Positions 38,430 to 51,952 of a DNA stretch of 64,000 nucleotides are shown here, piece by piece. Source of the DNA: the human T2T-CHM13v2.0 reference genome, Homo sapiens; assembly GCF_009914755.1 (NCBI RefSeq), contig NC_060937.1. The stretch is one strand, 5' to 3'. The notes under the pieces are model-generated. The model was not told the origin of the DNA, made no database searches, and saw only the letters and a program-made list of their open reading frames with translations. Numbering within the stretch: position 1 is the stretch's first letter; the number at the start of each line of letters is the position of its first letter. The position numbers and the translations under genes were made by a program.

Positions 38430-41400
38430 TGCCAGGGAATTGACTTTGCTCTTTTTAAATGCTAATATGTGAGTCAGCCACATTTATATGGGTGTTGACA
38501 GAAAATGCCAGATTCCTGGATCAGAAACAAAGAAATCATATCACTATAGTTGTTCTGGTTTCAACTCTAAATCCCACAGGGCAATGCCTAGGGCCAACTG
38601 ATGCTGGCTTGTGTGGTGGATTATTCCACAGGAGAGGAACTCTGAGCATAAGAAACACATTGATGTAATCACAGCCAGGAAACAAGCCCACTCTCTTTGC
38701 AGAGAGAGGCATTTCTGTCCCTCTCCACATCCCATAATACATAAACAGGCCAGAAAAAAAAAATAATGATCAAGGTTCCGGATCCAATAATCCCATTTAC
38801 ATAGCAAGATCTATATGAGCACAATAATTTCATGGTGGACTTCCTCTCAACAGTACATCTTAGGTCATACAATTTATTGACCTTTGGAACATTTTCATAT
38901 CACTATGCTATTCTGTCAACTACTTTAAATAATGTGACACATAGAGGCTGGAACTAAATCCTTTCAATTTGTTTTATATAAGATTTAGCTAGTGTTCTTA
39001 TCAACGAGACTCCAAGCAGGAAGATAAGGCTAAGATATAGTGTTTTTCTTAACCATACCTTCAATATTTCATGCCTATCCAGATGGGAAAAAAATCCCAT
39101 AAATCATTGAGTCTACCTTAGAAAACTAGGAGGCTTTCTTCTTAAATCTCTATTTTGAATTTCCATTTGTCCCAAAGCAATAATCCAACTATTTCAGGAT
39201 TCATCACTTATTGCACTGATTTTGCCTACATCTGCAAGGGGAAAGTATTGGGCAATTCTATCAACCAAATCCACTATGTCCAGTGACTTAAACCTGACCT
39301 GATCATCTTCCAGGCACAAGGTGGTGTTATTGATACTATAAGCTAACATCAGGGAAAATAATCTCATTACATTTTGTAATTGAACAATCCATAACCTAGC
39401 AATAAACTCTTACAGGTTGTACATAAATCGTAAGCCAGTCATCACTCTAGTGAACTTTATCAAGCAACTTGGAGTCACCTCCTACTGGAGAGTTTCTTCA
39501 GTTGTCTGAGGGCTACCGATAGAATAGAATTAGCATTTCTTAAAAACATGAAATTCTCTTTGACTTCAACAATGCACAATGCATTACAGTTTCAGTAGCA
39601 GAAACCTTCCTGCCAGGCTTCCACATAGAAAGTTTAATCATGTTGACACACATGGTGCCCTCAGGATAAACGTGTTATTGTCGCAAGTTGTTTAGAATTT
39701 TCACACTAGAAATTTCTTTAGTTGGGAGGGGTGACTTGGTTCCATTTGGTTGCATCAGAGAACAGATCCTTACCATAGGCATCTGCATTAGTAAATCAGA
39801 CTTTCTGGTTGGCAATAAAGATTTTATTCCCTGACAGTTTACAGCTCCAAAGAGAAGTTTCTTTAATCTTCCATTATCTAGTCTCCCAAGTGGCAGTACA
39901 GATGGCTGCAGTGTAGGTAACAGCCTGAGATAATAAAAATGTCCCTAAGTTCATCGAGGTAAGTATTGGCTTGGTTATGGGTACTTTCTTGAGCTCTGCC
40001 AACTGAACAGATAGACCATATTGGCTTTTGGTTGTATCTAGCTTGTGCCGATTTTGGACAGATGGTTTTCCAAAGCAGTACAATGCACACTATTATATTT
40101 CAGCATGGGCAAGCAATCAGTGAACCAGGTCCAAGCATTTAGGGAAACCTCTGTGAGTGGAAAACCTCATTAAGCCAGCAGTTTTACTTAAGGCAGTGAA
40201 GTGAGAGACAAATTTCCCCCCAAAGGGGTAGCTTTTACTTTTTAGTATAAATCTGAGATGCTGCTAAGGCCGTGTCAGCTGAACTCCTAAAAATACCATT
40301 TTTGTTTCTCTTGATAAGCAAGGCTGGTGGGCCCATCTCACCTTGTTTTTCATTAAGTCTAAGGTGATCCATCACAAGATATGAACATTAAGCTGGAGAC
40401 TCACAGGCCTGCATGTGACATGAATTCAGCTTTTTCAAAAGAAGTATACTTGGTATTTAGCTCAGACAGGTGAAACCATTGCTCTGGGAAATAGCTTATC
40501 CAGTACCATGACTGCAGCCAATTTTCAAGCTAAAATATTTTCTTTGTCCTCCTGTGATCATATATCATTTCTCCTAGGCTACCTGGGAGAGGATAGGAGG
40601 GCAGGTTGTAGAGTGAATTACATGTCTCTATCTCTGCACACAATTCTTCTTGAGTGGGAGAATCCTCTCTGACATATATGGACTAAGAAAGTGTGAATAT
40701 GTAGCATATCAACTATGGGGGCTTAAGCAATAGTCAATTTAACATTTTTTCCTCACTATGGATGCCTTCCAAAGCCTATTTAAAAATTTGTAGTGCCCCT
40801 TTCTTCTATGGAACCAGCTAAAATAGTAATTTGGGCACTTAATTCCAGTAGAATCATGAAAATGTGTGTCTTCCATCCTCTTCCCTGGAAAGTTGCCACA
40901 ATACCCATCTCAAGTATGACTTTGTCCCTACTGGAGACAAGGAGACTATGTACATATTTTCCTTTAGAGTAAATAAAGTCAGGGTAAAGAAGCGGCCTAG
41001 GATCTGGACACACACATACACACACGCATACAGAGAGGTCATTTTCAGCAGCATTAGAGAAAAAGCCTGGGACAGTAAGAGCCTAAATACCAGTCAATGA
41101 TTCATATATTGTTTCCCACAATAGGTTTTCAGTCTTATATTTTGAGATGACAATAAAACCTCTCTAAGTTTTCAGCAGTGAGTCCTGGCTGCTATAAGGG
41201 AGCTATGGTTTATACAAGGACAAAAAGAAAAAATAAAAAACGATAAGAGGAAATGAGCAGTAGGGCTTTCCACTTGCCACTTGCTGTCATTTCTTACTGT
41301 TGAGCATCATATGCCTCAAACCTGCATGACTCAGGTGAACTAGCCAGTGCTGTAATTATGTGGTTATAGAAGTCATGAATTTCATGCAGTTCATGCTCAC

Positions 41401-42135
41401 TGTAAGTTTATTTCTCTGTAAATATTGTCATATTGTCTGAAGTTGGTAGAACCTTCCTTCAACCCCTGAAGAAATTTATTGCTAATTGTCACAATGGGGC
41501 TGACAGCTGAATTGGCGAGGAGGTCCACATGCCTACAGGAAAGGTGTTTTTGAGCCTACTACCTGCTAGTTGTCCCGTTTATTAAAAAGCTGGATAGTAG
41601 AGAGCTATTTGTTGGACAAAAGACTATGTAATTTGTTCAATATATGAAACTCAAGGACTTCCCTTAAATCTCATTAATTGGCTCTATTCCAGAAAGTCAT
41701 ATCTCTATCAGTATCCCATCTGTCTCATAAAAAGTGTAAAGGGATTGACTTTACCCTACTTATAAGTCAATAAATTCATCTGATATAGTCAATGGATGCC
41801 GACAGAAGACCCAAGTTTCTGTGTCAGAGGCAAAAAAACTGTATTACTCACAGAATAAATAACAACCAGAGTATTATCAAAGTTGCAATCTGCATGGGCA
41901 CTTAATTGCCTCATAATAAGAGAAATATGAGCTTAATTTCTGTCACTTTCATCGAAAGCAGTAAGCAATGTTTGTTGTGTAGAGAGAGATATGATATCAC
42001 CTCTCAGAATTGCCAGTTGCATAAACAATCCTAAGAAAATCGTCCCAGGTGAAAGAGTGATGAGGTCTTGCAATTTTAAAATGGTCTGCAAGATGTGCAC
42101 GGTACAACAGGCCCATAGAGGGCTGACTCCAAACA
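38430..42135 (-). mobile_element. Ancient ERVL-class provirus (LTR47/LTR53-like): 3' LTR ~38430-38785, internal ~38790-41734, 5' LTR 41735-42135
   Basis: Two related LTRs ('gggaattgacttt..gacagaaaatgccagattcctggatcagaaacaaaga' vs 'gggattgacttt..gacagaagacccaagtttctgtgtcagaggcaaaa'); pol remnants on -; TSD-like ttatg/ccatg. Confidence 0.72.
39300..40900 (-). pseudogene. Degenerate ERVL pro-pol remnants (protease, connection, RNase H, probable integrase)
   Basis: LLELSAQITIL (~40820-40855, cf. LLDTGAQ.TI); KVRWAHQ..KWY (~40290-40345); AWTWFTD (~40116-40136); GLSVQLAELK (~39988-40017); DAYGK..SD..KWNQ (~39735-39785). Confidence 0.68.
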
Positions 42136-43053
42136 CCATGTAACGAGTATCCAGAGTAAGAAACAGGATATTACCAGCATCTGAAAAACCATCCTTGTGC
42201 TACTTCCTTTCAATTACCACTTGCACTCTAAAATTTCCTTATTTCTAAATGTATATATATCTTCATTTATAAATGCATCAATTACATTTTTATACTCAGA
42301 TAAATTAGGAACAACCAGTATATTCTCATTTGAGTCTGGCTTCTTCTGCTAGAAATTATGTTGATGATATTCATCCATATGGCTGTATATCGTTGTGGAT
42401 TGTTCATTCTCATTGCTGAATAGGATTCAGTTCTGGTAATATAGGATGCCTTATTTATCCATTCTACTACTGGTGTACATTTATATAGTTTTCAGTTGGA
42501 AGTTGTTATGAGTAGTGTTGATATGACCATTATAATGTATGCTTTTCGATGAACGTATTTATATATTTCTATTGAGTATATACCTAGGAGTAATACTATT
42601 GGGTCATAGAAAATGCACCATTGCCTAACAGAATTCTAAAGCGATTGTAACAATTTACACTCCCTACAAATATCCAAGTATGAAAAAAACAGTTATTCAA
42701 CATCTTCTTCAACACATGGCATTTTTCATCATTTTCATTTTAGCCATTCTGGTGAGTGTGTAATGTTATTGTATTGTCGTTTTCATTTGCATTCTCTTGA
42801 TGACTAAAGATGCTGAGTATTTACCCATGTTTACTGGCAATTTTGATATTCTCTTTTTATAATGTAATCATTCCAAAATTGTCAAATTTTTATGTCTTCC
42901 TAATAATTTTTGTAAGAATTTTATATAATTCTAAATCAAGTCTTTTGTTAAATATGAAAATATTTCACATACCTTTTCCAGTCTTAGGGTTGCCTATGTA
43001 CTTTCCTAATGTTATCTTTTGATGACCAGATGTTCATAATTTTAACACAGTGC

Positions 43054-43054
43054 C

Positions 43055-43086
<32 letters not shown>

Positions 43087-43088
43087 AC
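43054..43088. repeat. (CA)n microsatellite
   Basis: CA run with one interruption. Confidence 0.9.
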
Positions 43089-43554
43089 TTAGGTACTGTG
43101 CGTCTTGTTTCTTCAATCTTTGTCTATTCCAAAATCTTGCAGATGTTTTGTGATAATATTTTCTTAGGCTTTTGTTTTATCTTTCATAATTATATTAACA
43201 ATCCATCTGATGTTGATTTTTTTTGCATGTGATTGGCTAGGTCTCATATTCCAGAGGACATGGCACCATTTATTGAAAAGACTCTCCATTCTTGCTGTGT
43301 TCCATTTGTCATAAAACAAGTTACCTTTTATGTGGAAGACTACTACTAGGCTTTCTATTCTATTCTACTGCTCATGTTTTCTATTCTTACACCATTGCCT
43401 TTCTGTCTTAATTATCTTAACTCATAATAGGTCTTACTAACTTATGGTACTAATCTTTAGCTATAATTATTTTTCTTTAAGATTACCTTATTTAGCCCAG
43501 ACAAAAATTGATTTTCATTTTCATAGGAATTTTAGAATCAGCTTTCAATGTCAT

Positions 43555-43655
43555 TACATACATACATGCACACGCATATTTATATATATATATATACACA
43601 CACACACATATATACATATGTACACACACATATATATACATACATACACACACAA
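43555..43655. repeat. Compound (TA)n/(CA)n microsatellite
   Basis: tatatatata..cacacacaca..tatacatatg. Confidence 0.85.
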
Positions 43656-44565
43656 AACCTGAGGGGCAATAGGTACTGGGATCTATTTGTGGACAACTGA
43701 CAACTGTAGAATATTGAGCTTTCTAATTTATGATACTAGAATATTCCTTCATTTATTTAGGTCTTGTTTTATTTCTCTCAAAAATGTTCTATAATTTTCA
43801 GTATGGAGGACTTTTATCATTTTTCAATTAGATTTATTATAATAAATTTGATGTTTTTCTTGCTAGTGTGAATATTAATTTAAATTTAATTTTCTCTTAT
43901 CTTGGCACAGCATAAATAATTATTTTTATATGAATACCTTATGAAGTGACTTTATCAATTTATATTGTGTAATATGTATGTTCTTTTGAAGACTTTAGAT
44001 CATATGTTAATGTTGTATGTTTAATTTCTTTCTTTCCAATTCTTATACTTTACATTTATTGATACATGCTGTATTGCACTGACTAGTACCTACGGCACAA
44101 TATTGAATAGAAGTATCAATACTGAGCATCATAATTTTCTTCTTGATCTTAAGAGGAGATGGGAGTGAATGTTTCATTATCGATCATAATACATCTCAGT
44201 TTTGATGTAAATATTATTTATCTTTTAAGAAAGTTTCCTGCTTAGTCTATTGAATTTTAAAAAGCATATAAATGAATGTTGATTGTTGTAATTTTTTCTG
44301 TATCTATCAATTCTGCCTCTCTATATCTTATGTCAATCTCATTTTTTCATTAATCTATGAAATTATTTTGGTTTAAGTGATTTTCATATATTAAATAATT
44401 TATTATTCTTGTAGATTAAATTCTACTTCATTATTATATATTTTCCTCTCTAACATGTCAATAGATTTGACTTGATAATGCCTCAATTAGTGCATTAAAA
44501 GTTGCTTTTTAATTTTTTTCTTGTAATAGTCTGTCAAGTTTTATACTTAAGATTTTTATGGTCTT

Positions 44566-46980
44566 GCTTAGGATTGTCTTCACTATACGGGCTCTATTTT
44601 GGTTCCATATGAAATTTAAAGAATTTTTTTCTAATTCTGTGAAGAAAGTCCATGACAGCTTAATGGCAATGGCACTGAATTACTTTGAGCAGTACGGCCA
44701 TTTTCACGATATTGATTCTTCCTATCAATGAGCATGGAATGTTTTTCCATTTGTTTGTGTCCTCTCTTATTTCCTTAAGCAGTGGTTTGTAGTTCTCCTT
44801 GAAGAGGTCCTTCACATTGCTTGTAAGCTGTATTCCTAGGTATTTTATTATCTTTTCAGCAATTGTGAATGGGAGTTCATTAATGATTTGGCTCTCTGCT
44901 TGTCTATTGTTGGTGTCTAGGAATGCTTGTAATTTTTGCACATTGATTTTGTATCCTGAGACTTTGCTGAATTGCTTATCAACTTAAGTAGTTTTTGGGC
45001 TGAGATGATGGGGCTTTCTAAATATAGAATCATGTAATCTGCAAACAGAGACAATTTGACTTCGTCTCTTCTTATTTGGGTACCGTTTATTTCTTTCTCT
45101 TGCCCAATTACCTTGGCCAGAACTTCTAATACTATATTCAATAGCATTGGTGAGAGAGGGCATCCTTGTCTTGTGCTGATTTTCAAAGGGAGTACTTCCA
45201 GCTTTTGCCTATTCAGTATAATGGCTGTGGGTTTGCATAAATAATTCTTATTATTTTGAGATATGTTCCATAATGCCTAGTTGAGATTTTCATGTGAAGG
45301 GATGTTAAATTTCTGCATCTATTGAGATAATCATGTGTTTATTTGTCATTGGCTATGTTTATGTGATGGATTACATTTATTGATTTGCATGTGTTGAACC
45401 AGACTTGCATCTCAGGGATGAAACCAACTTGATTGTGGTGGATAAGCTTTTTGATGTACTGCTGGATTCAGTTTGCCAGCATTTTATTGAGGATTTTCAC
45501 ACAGAGCTGAAGACATCACACTACTGCACTTCAAACTATACTACAAGGCTACAGTAACCAAAACAGCATGGTACTGTTTTGGTACACATATATAGACCAA
45601 TGGAACAGAACAGAGCCCTCAGAAATAACACCACACATCTACAACCATCTGATCTTTGACAAACCTGACAAAAATAAGCAATGGGGAAAGGATTCCCTAT
45701 TTAATAAATGGTGCTGGGAAAACTGGCCAGCCATAAGCAGAAATCTGAAACTGGACCCCTTCCTTACACCTTATGCAAAAATTAACTCAAGATGGATTGA
45801 AGACTAAAATGTAAAACCCAAAACCATAAAAACCCTAGAAGAAAACCTAGGCAATACCATTCAGGCTATAGGCATGGGCAAAGATTTTATGACTAAAACA
45901 CCAAAAGCAATTGCAACAAAAGCCAAAATTGACAAATGGGATTTAATTAAACTAAAGAGCTTCTGCAGAGCAAAAGCAACTAGCATCAGAGTGAACGGGT
46001 AAGCTACAGAATGGGAGAAAAATTTTGCAATCTACCCATCTGACGAAGGTCTAATATCCAGAATCTACAAGGAACTTAAATAAACTTACAAAAAAAAAAA
46101 AACCCACAACCCCATCAAAAAGTGGACAAAGGATATGAACAGACACTTCTCCAAAGAAGACATTTGCGAGTCCGACAAACATATGATAAAAAGTTTATCA
46201 TCACTGATCATTAGAGACATGCAAATCAAAACTACAATGAAATACCATCTCATGTCAGTCAGAATGGTGATTATTAAAAGTCAAGAAACAATAAATAGAT
46301 GCTGGCGAGGCTGTGGAGAAATAGGAATGCTTTTACACTATTGGTGGGAGTGTAAATTAGTTCAACCATTGTGGAAGACAGTGTGGCGATTCCTCAAGGA
46401 TCTAGAATCAGAAATACCATTTGACCTAGCAATCCATTACTGGGTACACCCAAAGGATTATAAATCATTTTACTATAAAGACACATGTATATGTATGTTT
46501 ATTGCAGCATTATTTACAATAGCAAAGACTTGGACCCAACCCAAATGTCCATCAATGATAGACTAGATAAAGAAAATGTGGCACATATACACCATGGAAT
46601 ACTATGCAGCCATAAAATTGAATGAGATTATGTCTTTTGCAGGCACATGGATGAAACTGGAAGCCATCATTCTCAGCAAACTAATACAGGAACAGAAAAC
46701 CAAACACTGCATGTTCTCACTCATAAGTGGGAGTTAAAAAATGAGAACACATGGACACAGGGAGGGGAACATCACACACCGGGGCCTGTAGGGGGTTCGA
46801 CGAAAAGGGGAGGGAGAGCATTAGGACAAATACCTAATGCATGTGGGGCTAAAAACCTAGATGATGGGTTGATAGGTGCAGCAAACCACCATGGCACATG
46901 TATACCTATGTAACAAATCTGCACATTCTGCATATGTATCCCAGAACTTAAAGTAAAATTAAAAAAGGAAAAAAAGAAAA
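44566..46980 (+). mobile_element. L1PA8-like element with 5' inversion: inverted part 44566-45500 (-), forward part 45501-46980 (+)
   Basis: 3'UTR 'ggacaaatacctaatgcatgtggggct.aaaacctagatga'; 17-bp TSD aagatttttatggtctt (44549-44565) / aagattattgtggtctt (46981-46997). Confidence 0.93.
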
Positions 46981-47104
46981 AAGATTATTGTGGTCTTAAA
47001 TAAAAATTAAAAATATTTCTCCATTTTTATTATCTGGAAGGCTTTTGAATAATAAATATGTAATTAGGAAAAGTCATGTATGAAACCTTCAACTTCAAAA
47101 ATAT

Positions 47105-47636
47105 GTTATCATCATTCTGCTCTCTATGAGTTCAATTGTTTTATTTTTTAGCTCCGATAAATGAGTGAGGATATGTGAAATTTTTCTTTCTGTCCCAGGC
47201 TTATTTCACTTAACATACTGACCTCCAGTTCCATCCATGTTCTGCAAATGACTGAATCTTATTATTTTTTTATGGCTGACTAGTACTCTATTAAGTATAT
47301 TATGGTTACTAGAGGCTGAGATGGGCAATGGAGAGGGGAGACGTAAAGTGGGGATGGTTAGTGGATGAAAAAATATAGTTACATAGAATGAATAAGATCT
47401 AGTAAAGATGGCACAACAGTGTGACTACAGTCAACAATAATTTATAGTACATTTGAAAAGAACGAAAAGAATATAATTAGAATGTTCCTAACACGAGGAA
47501 ATGATAAATGCTGAGATAATGTATTCCTATTTACCCTGATGTGTAACTACACATTGTATGCCTGTATTAAAAATCTCATGTGCCCCATAAATATATATAC
47601 CTACTATCTACCTATAAAAATTAAAAATTAAAAAAA
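47105..47636 (+). mobile_element. L1MA2/3-like 3' end with 5' inversion (47105-47300 inverted)
   Basis: Antisense 'ctatgagttcaattgttt..ttagctcc' followed by sense 'atggttactagaggctg...atatatatacctactat..aaaaattaaaaatt'. Confidence 0.8.
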
Positions 47637-48519
47637 TGTATTTTACCACTGAAAGACCTCTTGACTTAAATTTCTTTAAGGTTGGATTTTAGCAAATAAT
47701 TCAATCTATTTAATCTATATAAGTTATTCAGATCTGTCTTTATTTCTTAAACATTAATAAGTTGTATTTTAGCCAGGTTTTCTATTTTGCTATCGTGAGA
47801 TCCTTTCATCTTTTTAAAGTCTGGAGGATCTGTAGAGATTCTTTACTTTCATTCGTAATACTGGTAATTTTTCCTTGCTTCTTACATTCCTCCCTCACTT
47901 CTTTCTCCCTCTTTTCCTTCTGAAACACCCTCCGCACTTGTTCTCTTCCTCTTCTCTTCTTTCTCTCTTCTTTCTTTCATCAGACTAGCTATGGATAGAC
48001 CAATTATATTCTTCATCTTAGGAAGCAACATTGGTCTTTTTGGTTCTGTTTGTTGTATGTTCAATTGATTTACATCCATAGAATAGATTGTTTATTGTTT
48101 ATTTTCTTCTACTTTTGCTAAGTTCATTTTTATATTTTCCTAATTTATTTCTAATATAGAACCTTAAGTTTACAAATGTTAGCTTTTCTCATGTCAATTT
48201 ATCTTTAGACACTGCTTGAATTTATCAATTTATTGAAAGTTATCTTTAAATACCTTAGACACTGCTTGAGTGGAAGGCTATAGAATGTGACATGCTATAA
48301 TTTCATTGTTGCTCATTTCAAAACATTTTCTAATTTTGATTTGACTTTCCATTGATGCACATAATGGTTTTACTTGCAAATGGACAAGCCTGATATTTAC
48401 TCCTATGTAAGAGAACTTCCTTATTCCTATAACATGGGATGCTGGAAAATGTGGACTGGGTGAATTGGTCAAAACAGTTGTCTTACAAATATCATTTTAT
48501 TTGTTGCTATATTTTCCCA

Positions 48520-48900
48520 ACTATGGAAGCTTACGCTGCAATAATAAACAAGCTTAAAATATCAACAGCTTTTCAGAACATATGTTAATTTCTTGCCCAC
48601 CCAGAGTCTTCTGCAGTTTTTGGTAAGTGCCCAGGGTCAACCCCCAAGCTGTTTAAATCTTCCTACTCTACTGTCTAAACATGGGCATTTTACATTATCC
48701 ATGGTAAGGGAAAGAGACTGGTGACTTACTTGTGAACTGTCTCAGTCTCAGGCCATGTATAATACACACACCTGTCAGTCATGTTTTAGTTACAAGGACT
48801 ACTCCTGTGAAAAATATAAGTATCTGGGAAATTAGATTTTGTGTCTATTCAAAGAAAATTGAGAGACAGATGTCAATAAATATCAGTAATGCCTACCACA
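48520..48900 (-). mobile_element. Old MLT1 (J/K/L-like) LTR
   Basis: 'gctgcaataataaaca..aaaatatcaacagctt', ends 'aatatcagtaatgcctaccaca'. Confidence 0.5.
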
Positions 48901-50169
48901 GTTGGAAAAGATTGCTTCATAAATTCTGGACGTTTTTTGTATTGGGTTGGAAATTACTTCTGAATCCCAAATTATCTATGTAAAAGGTATATTTATTTGT
49001 TTATATAATTTTATTAATTAATAAATATGATTTTATTAAGACTAATACCAGTTAGTATTCTGATGTTCAAAATGTTTGGCTTCGATCCAAATGCAGCCAA
49101 TGGATAGAACTTACTTTGCCCATATAGTGTTAAAAAGATTGATATATTTATAAACCAAAAATATCCAGACTTTTTGTCATTTATTTAAAAGCAATTACAG
49201 TAGCAATTATCTGAAGCCGAACAGTAAAAATCATTTTTTTGATAGCTTAAGAGTGTTTTATTTTACTTAATTTCTCACCATTATCTGCATTTCATGCACT
49301 GCTTGTTAAATCCTGGATTAAATTAATGATCCCAAAATACTCTTATGTATGTATAAATATTATAAATATCAATCCTGTGATGAGAGATATTTTTAATTGC
49401 TTTAACCAACATCACTGGTTAGTCTTCAATCAAGTGAGAACTTATGAGCACAAGTAAGAGAAAGTGTGTTAGAATGTTTGTGCTTAATTATTCATATCAA
49501 ATAATGGTGACAATACGTTCAAAAACTAAAATAAACATGTATTGAATTTAACAGAAAAATAATTGTTTGCACTTTTAGTTTGTTTTTCATTTTTAACTCG
49601 ATGAGCCATCATGTAAAAGAGATAGGTTTTTTAAAAATAAAAATATAGAAGGTGTACTATTTAAATGGCTCATGTCATTATATTTTGTTATCTTGGGGAT
49701 CCATTTGACGAACCATTTGACACAAGTTCTAAATTTATTTTGTGTTTTTATCATGTATGTATTTTAACTCCAAAAACTACCAAATAAAAACACTTATTTA
49801 CTTTTTTGATTTTTTTAATCCAATATTATCTATATTATTTTTCTTATTTTATTGTAGCACACTAATATTTTTGGGGGTTTTTTGGTTTGCTTTTGTTTTG
49901 TTTTGTTTTTAATCAGATACCTGACTTCAGCCTCATGGAACTTTTTATTACTTTCTACTTGTACTCTGTTTGCCTGCATGTCTCCTAGCTAATTTCCTCT
50001 GGTTTTTCACAGCATCACTGTAGTAATGTAGAAAATTTGGATGCAGAGGTTCCAAATGGCAATTAAAAAAATTGTATACTTTGTTCTATTGTATTTTTTT
50101 AAAAGTGTGCTATATATTTGTGGACGAATATTAGTGCCTCACATTGAAATGAGAAAAGTAAGTCTGGAA

Positions 50170-51617
50170 AATTTCTGGAGTCAGCTCTGACATGAAAGGA
50201 GCCTGGAAGTCATCACTGCTGTTCTTATAACAAGAAGAAAGGAGAACACTAGTATCAAAGACTTTTTATGGACTCAGAAAATTGAAGTCACAGGGAAAAA
50301 CACCAGCTGAAAATCTAGAATACAGAGAATCATAGCCAAAATCAGCTTACAGGGAGCAGAAGTTAGTGGATCTGATGGGACTGAATGGTAACTTTGACAA
50401 ATCACTAGGGGTGGTATATAATCTTGTAAGAATAAAAATTTCTTGGGGCCACAGTCTTACAAAGCTCTATACTTTTATGGAATTTACCTCCTATTACTCC
50501 TGAGGTCTTGATGGTAAAGATACAAGAAAAACCCTTCCACTTCTGGCAGGGTGAGGGGAATAGCAGCCATTGTGAAATACTCCCAAAGTGTTCAGCAACA
50601 AATGTATGGTCAGCAAAGGAAGATAAGTTAGACAACTTTGTCTCTGACTAGACTTCCTTTCTCACCTCAGGGAGGAAAAGCAGGGAAACTTAAGTTCACA
50701 TCCAAGGAACACAGTTTAACCAAGAGAATTTGCTTTGATCATACGAATAGTAATTTGTATAGTATAACTTTACAAATAATAATAACAGTCATTGCATATA
50801 ATAAACAAATAACAATACATTGTTAATAATAGTAACAATGAATTGGGTGATGGTAGTATATAAATAAGTGAAATGATTATAGCAATATTATAAGGGATGG
50901 AAAGAAAGAATTGGAAATAGTATGTTATAAGCTATATGCAATACTTGTGAAGGGTTAATAGTGTTATTTAACAGTGGTATTCGGTTAGTTGTAAATTCAA
51001 GTATAGAGCAATCAATTAAAAGCTACAAAAAGAAGTAAAATTGATATGCTAAGAGAGTAGAGAAAATTGAATCATGTAAAATTCTCAATTAAAACCAGAG
51101 AAGGCAAAAAATAAAAGGTCAAAAATAAATAAGATTACAATTTTTTTATAAAAAAGAATAAGGTCAATAAGTAGAAAACTTTTATAAACATGGTAGATAT
51201 AAAATCAACTATATCAATAATTACTTTAAAGGTGAATGATAGAAACACAAAACTTAGAAGACAGAGATTGTGAGTTTGGCAATGAGTTTGTAGATAAAAT
51301 ACCAAAAGCATGATCCATGAAAAAATTGATTAGTTGGATTATATTAAAATTAAAACTTTAAATCTGCCAATGATACTATTAAGATAATTAAAAATATAAA
51401 AATAATTATTAAAACTCAAAAATAAGAAAACACGCCAATTAACAATATAAAAATGATCAGAAAAACATGTCACCAAAAAGGTATACACATAGACAATAAG
51501 CATATTTGTACCATAACTTTGCTCATTATCGTGTTTTCACAGAACTTCAGATTGAAACAACAGTGGTCTATCAATATAAAATATTTTTAAAAAACTGAAA
51601 ATACCAAATGCTAGTGG
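50170..51617 (+). mobile_element. L1MC-like element with large internal deletions (5'UTR, inter-ORF/ORF2 start, ORF2 late region)
   Basis: 'cagctctgacatg.aaggagcctggaagtcatcact' (5' end); 'atggtagatat..atcaactatatcaataattactttaaa' (ORF2 start) joined at ~51271 to 'tttggcaatgagttt.tagata..ataccaaaagcatgatcca'. Confidence 0.6.
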
Positions 51618-51759
51618 TTCTCAGGAGACAAAAATTGTAATTTAGAGTCTATTAAGAAGGTCAACATTTCATACTCTAAATTCAATCTCTGATGGCCTAA
51701 TGCAAAAAGTTCAGGAAAAAACAGGAAAGAGATCAGACAAATGCTGTTGGATTGAGTCT

Positions 51760-51820
51760 GCTGGGTGAGGTGGCTCATAATTGTAATCTCCTGCTTTGGG
51801 AAGCCTAGGAGGGAAAATTG
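51760..51820 (+). mobile_element. Short degraded Alu/FLAM 5' fragment
   Basis: 'ctgggtgaggtggctcataattgtaatctc..ctttgggaagcctagg'. Confidence 0.6.
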
Positions 51821-51952
51821 AGGTACATTGCCCCTAATCTAATTATCTGTTTGGTGGATTTAGTAAAAATTCCTTGAGGAAAGATCACATTATTCATGGA
51901 CTCTACAATTTTTCACACACTTTTTCAAATATTCATTATAGTTAAGACTTTT

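Larger units (their letters stand above)
42136..48375 (-). mobile_element. Old L1ME-like element (3' end to ORF2), interrupted by two younger L1s and CA/TA microsatellites
   Basis: 'ccatgtaac..ccaga..aagaaacaggatattaccagca', 'tctggcttcttctgct', 'ttttcattttagccattctggtg'; ORF2-like sequence continues at 46998-47095 and 47680-48375. Confidence 0.7.
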
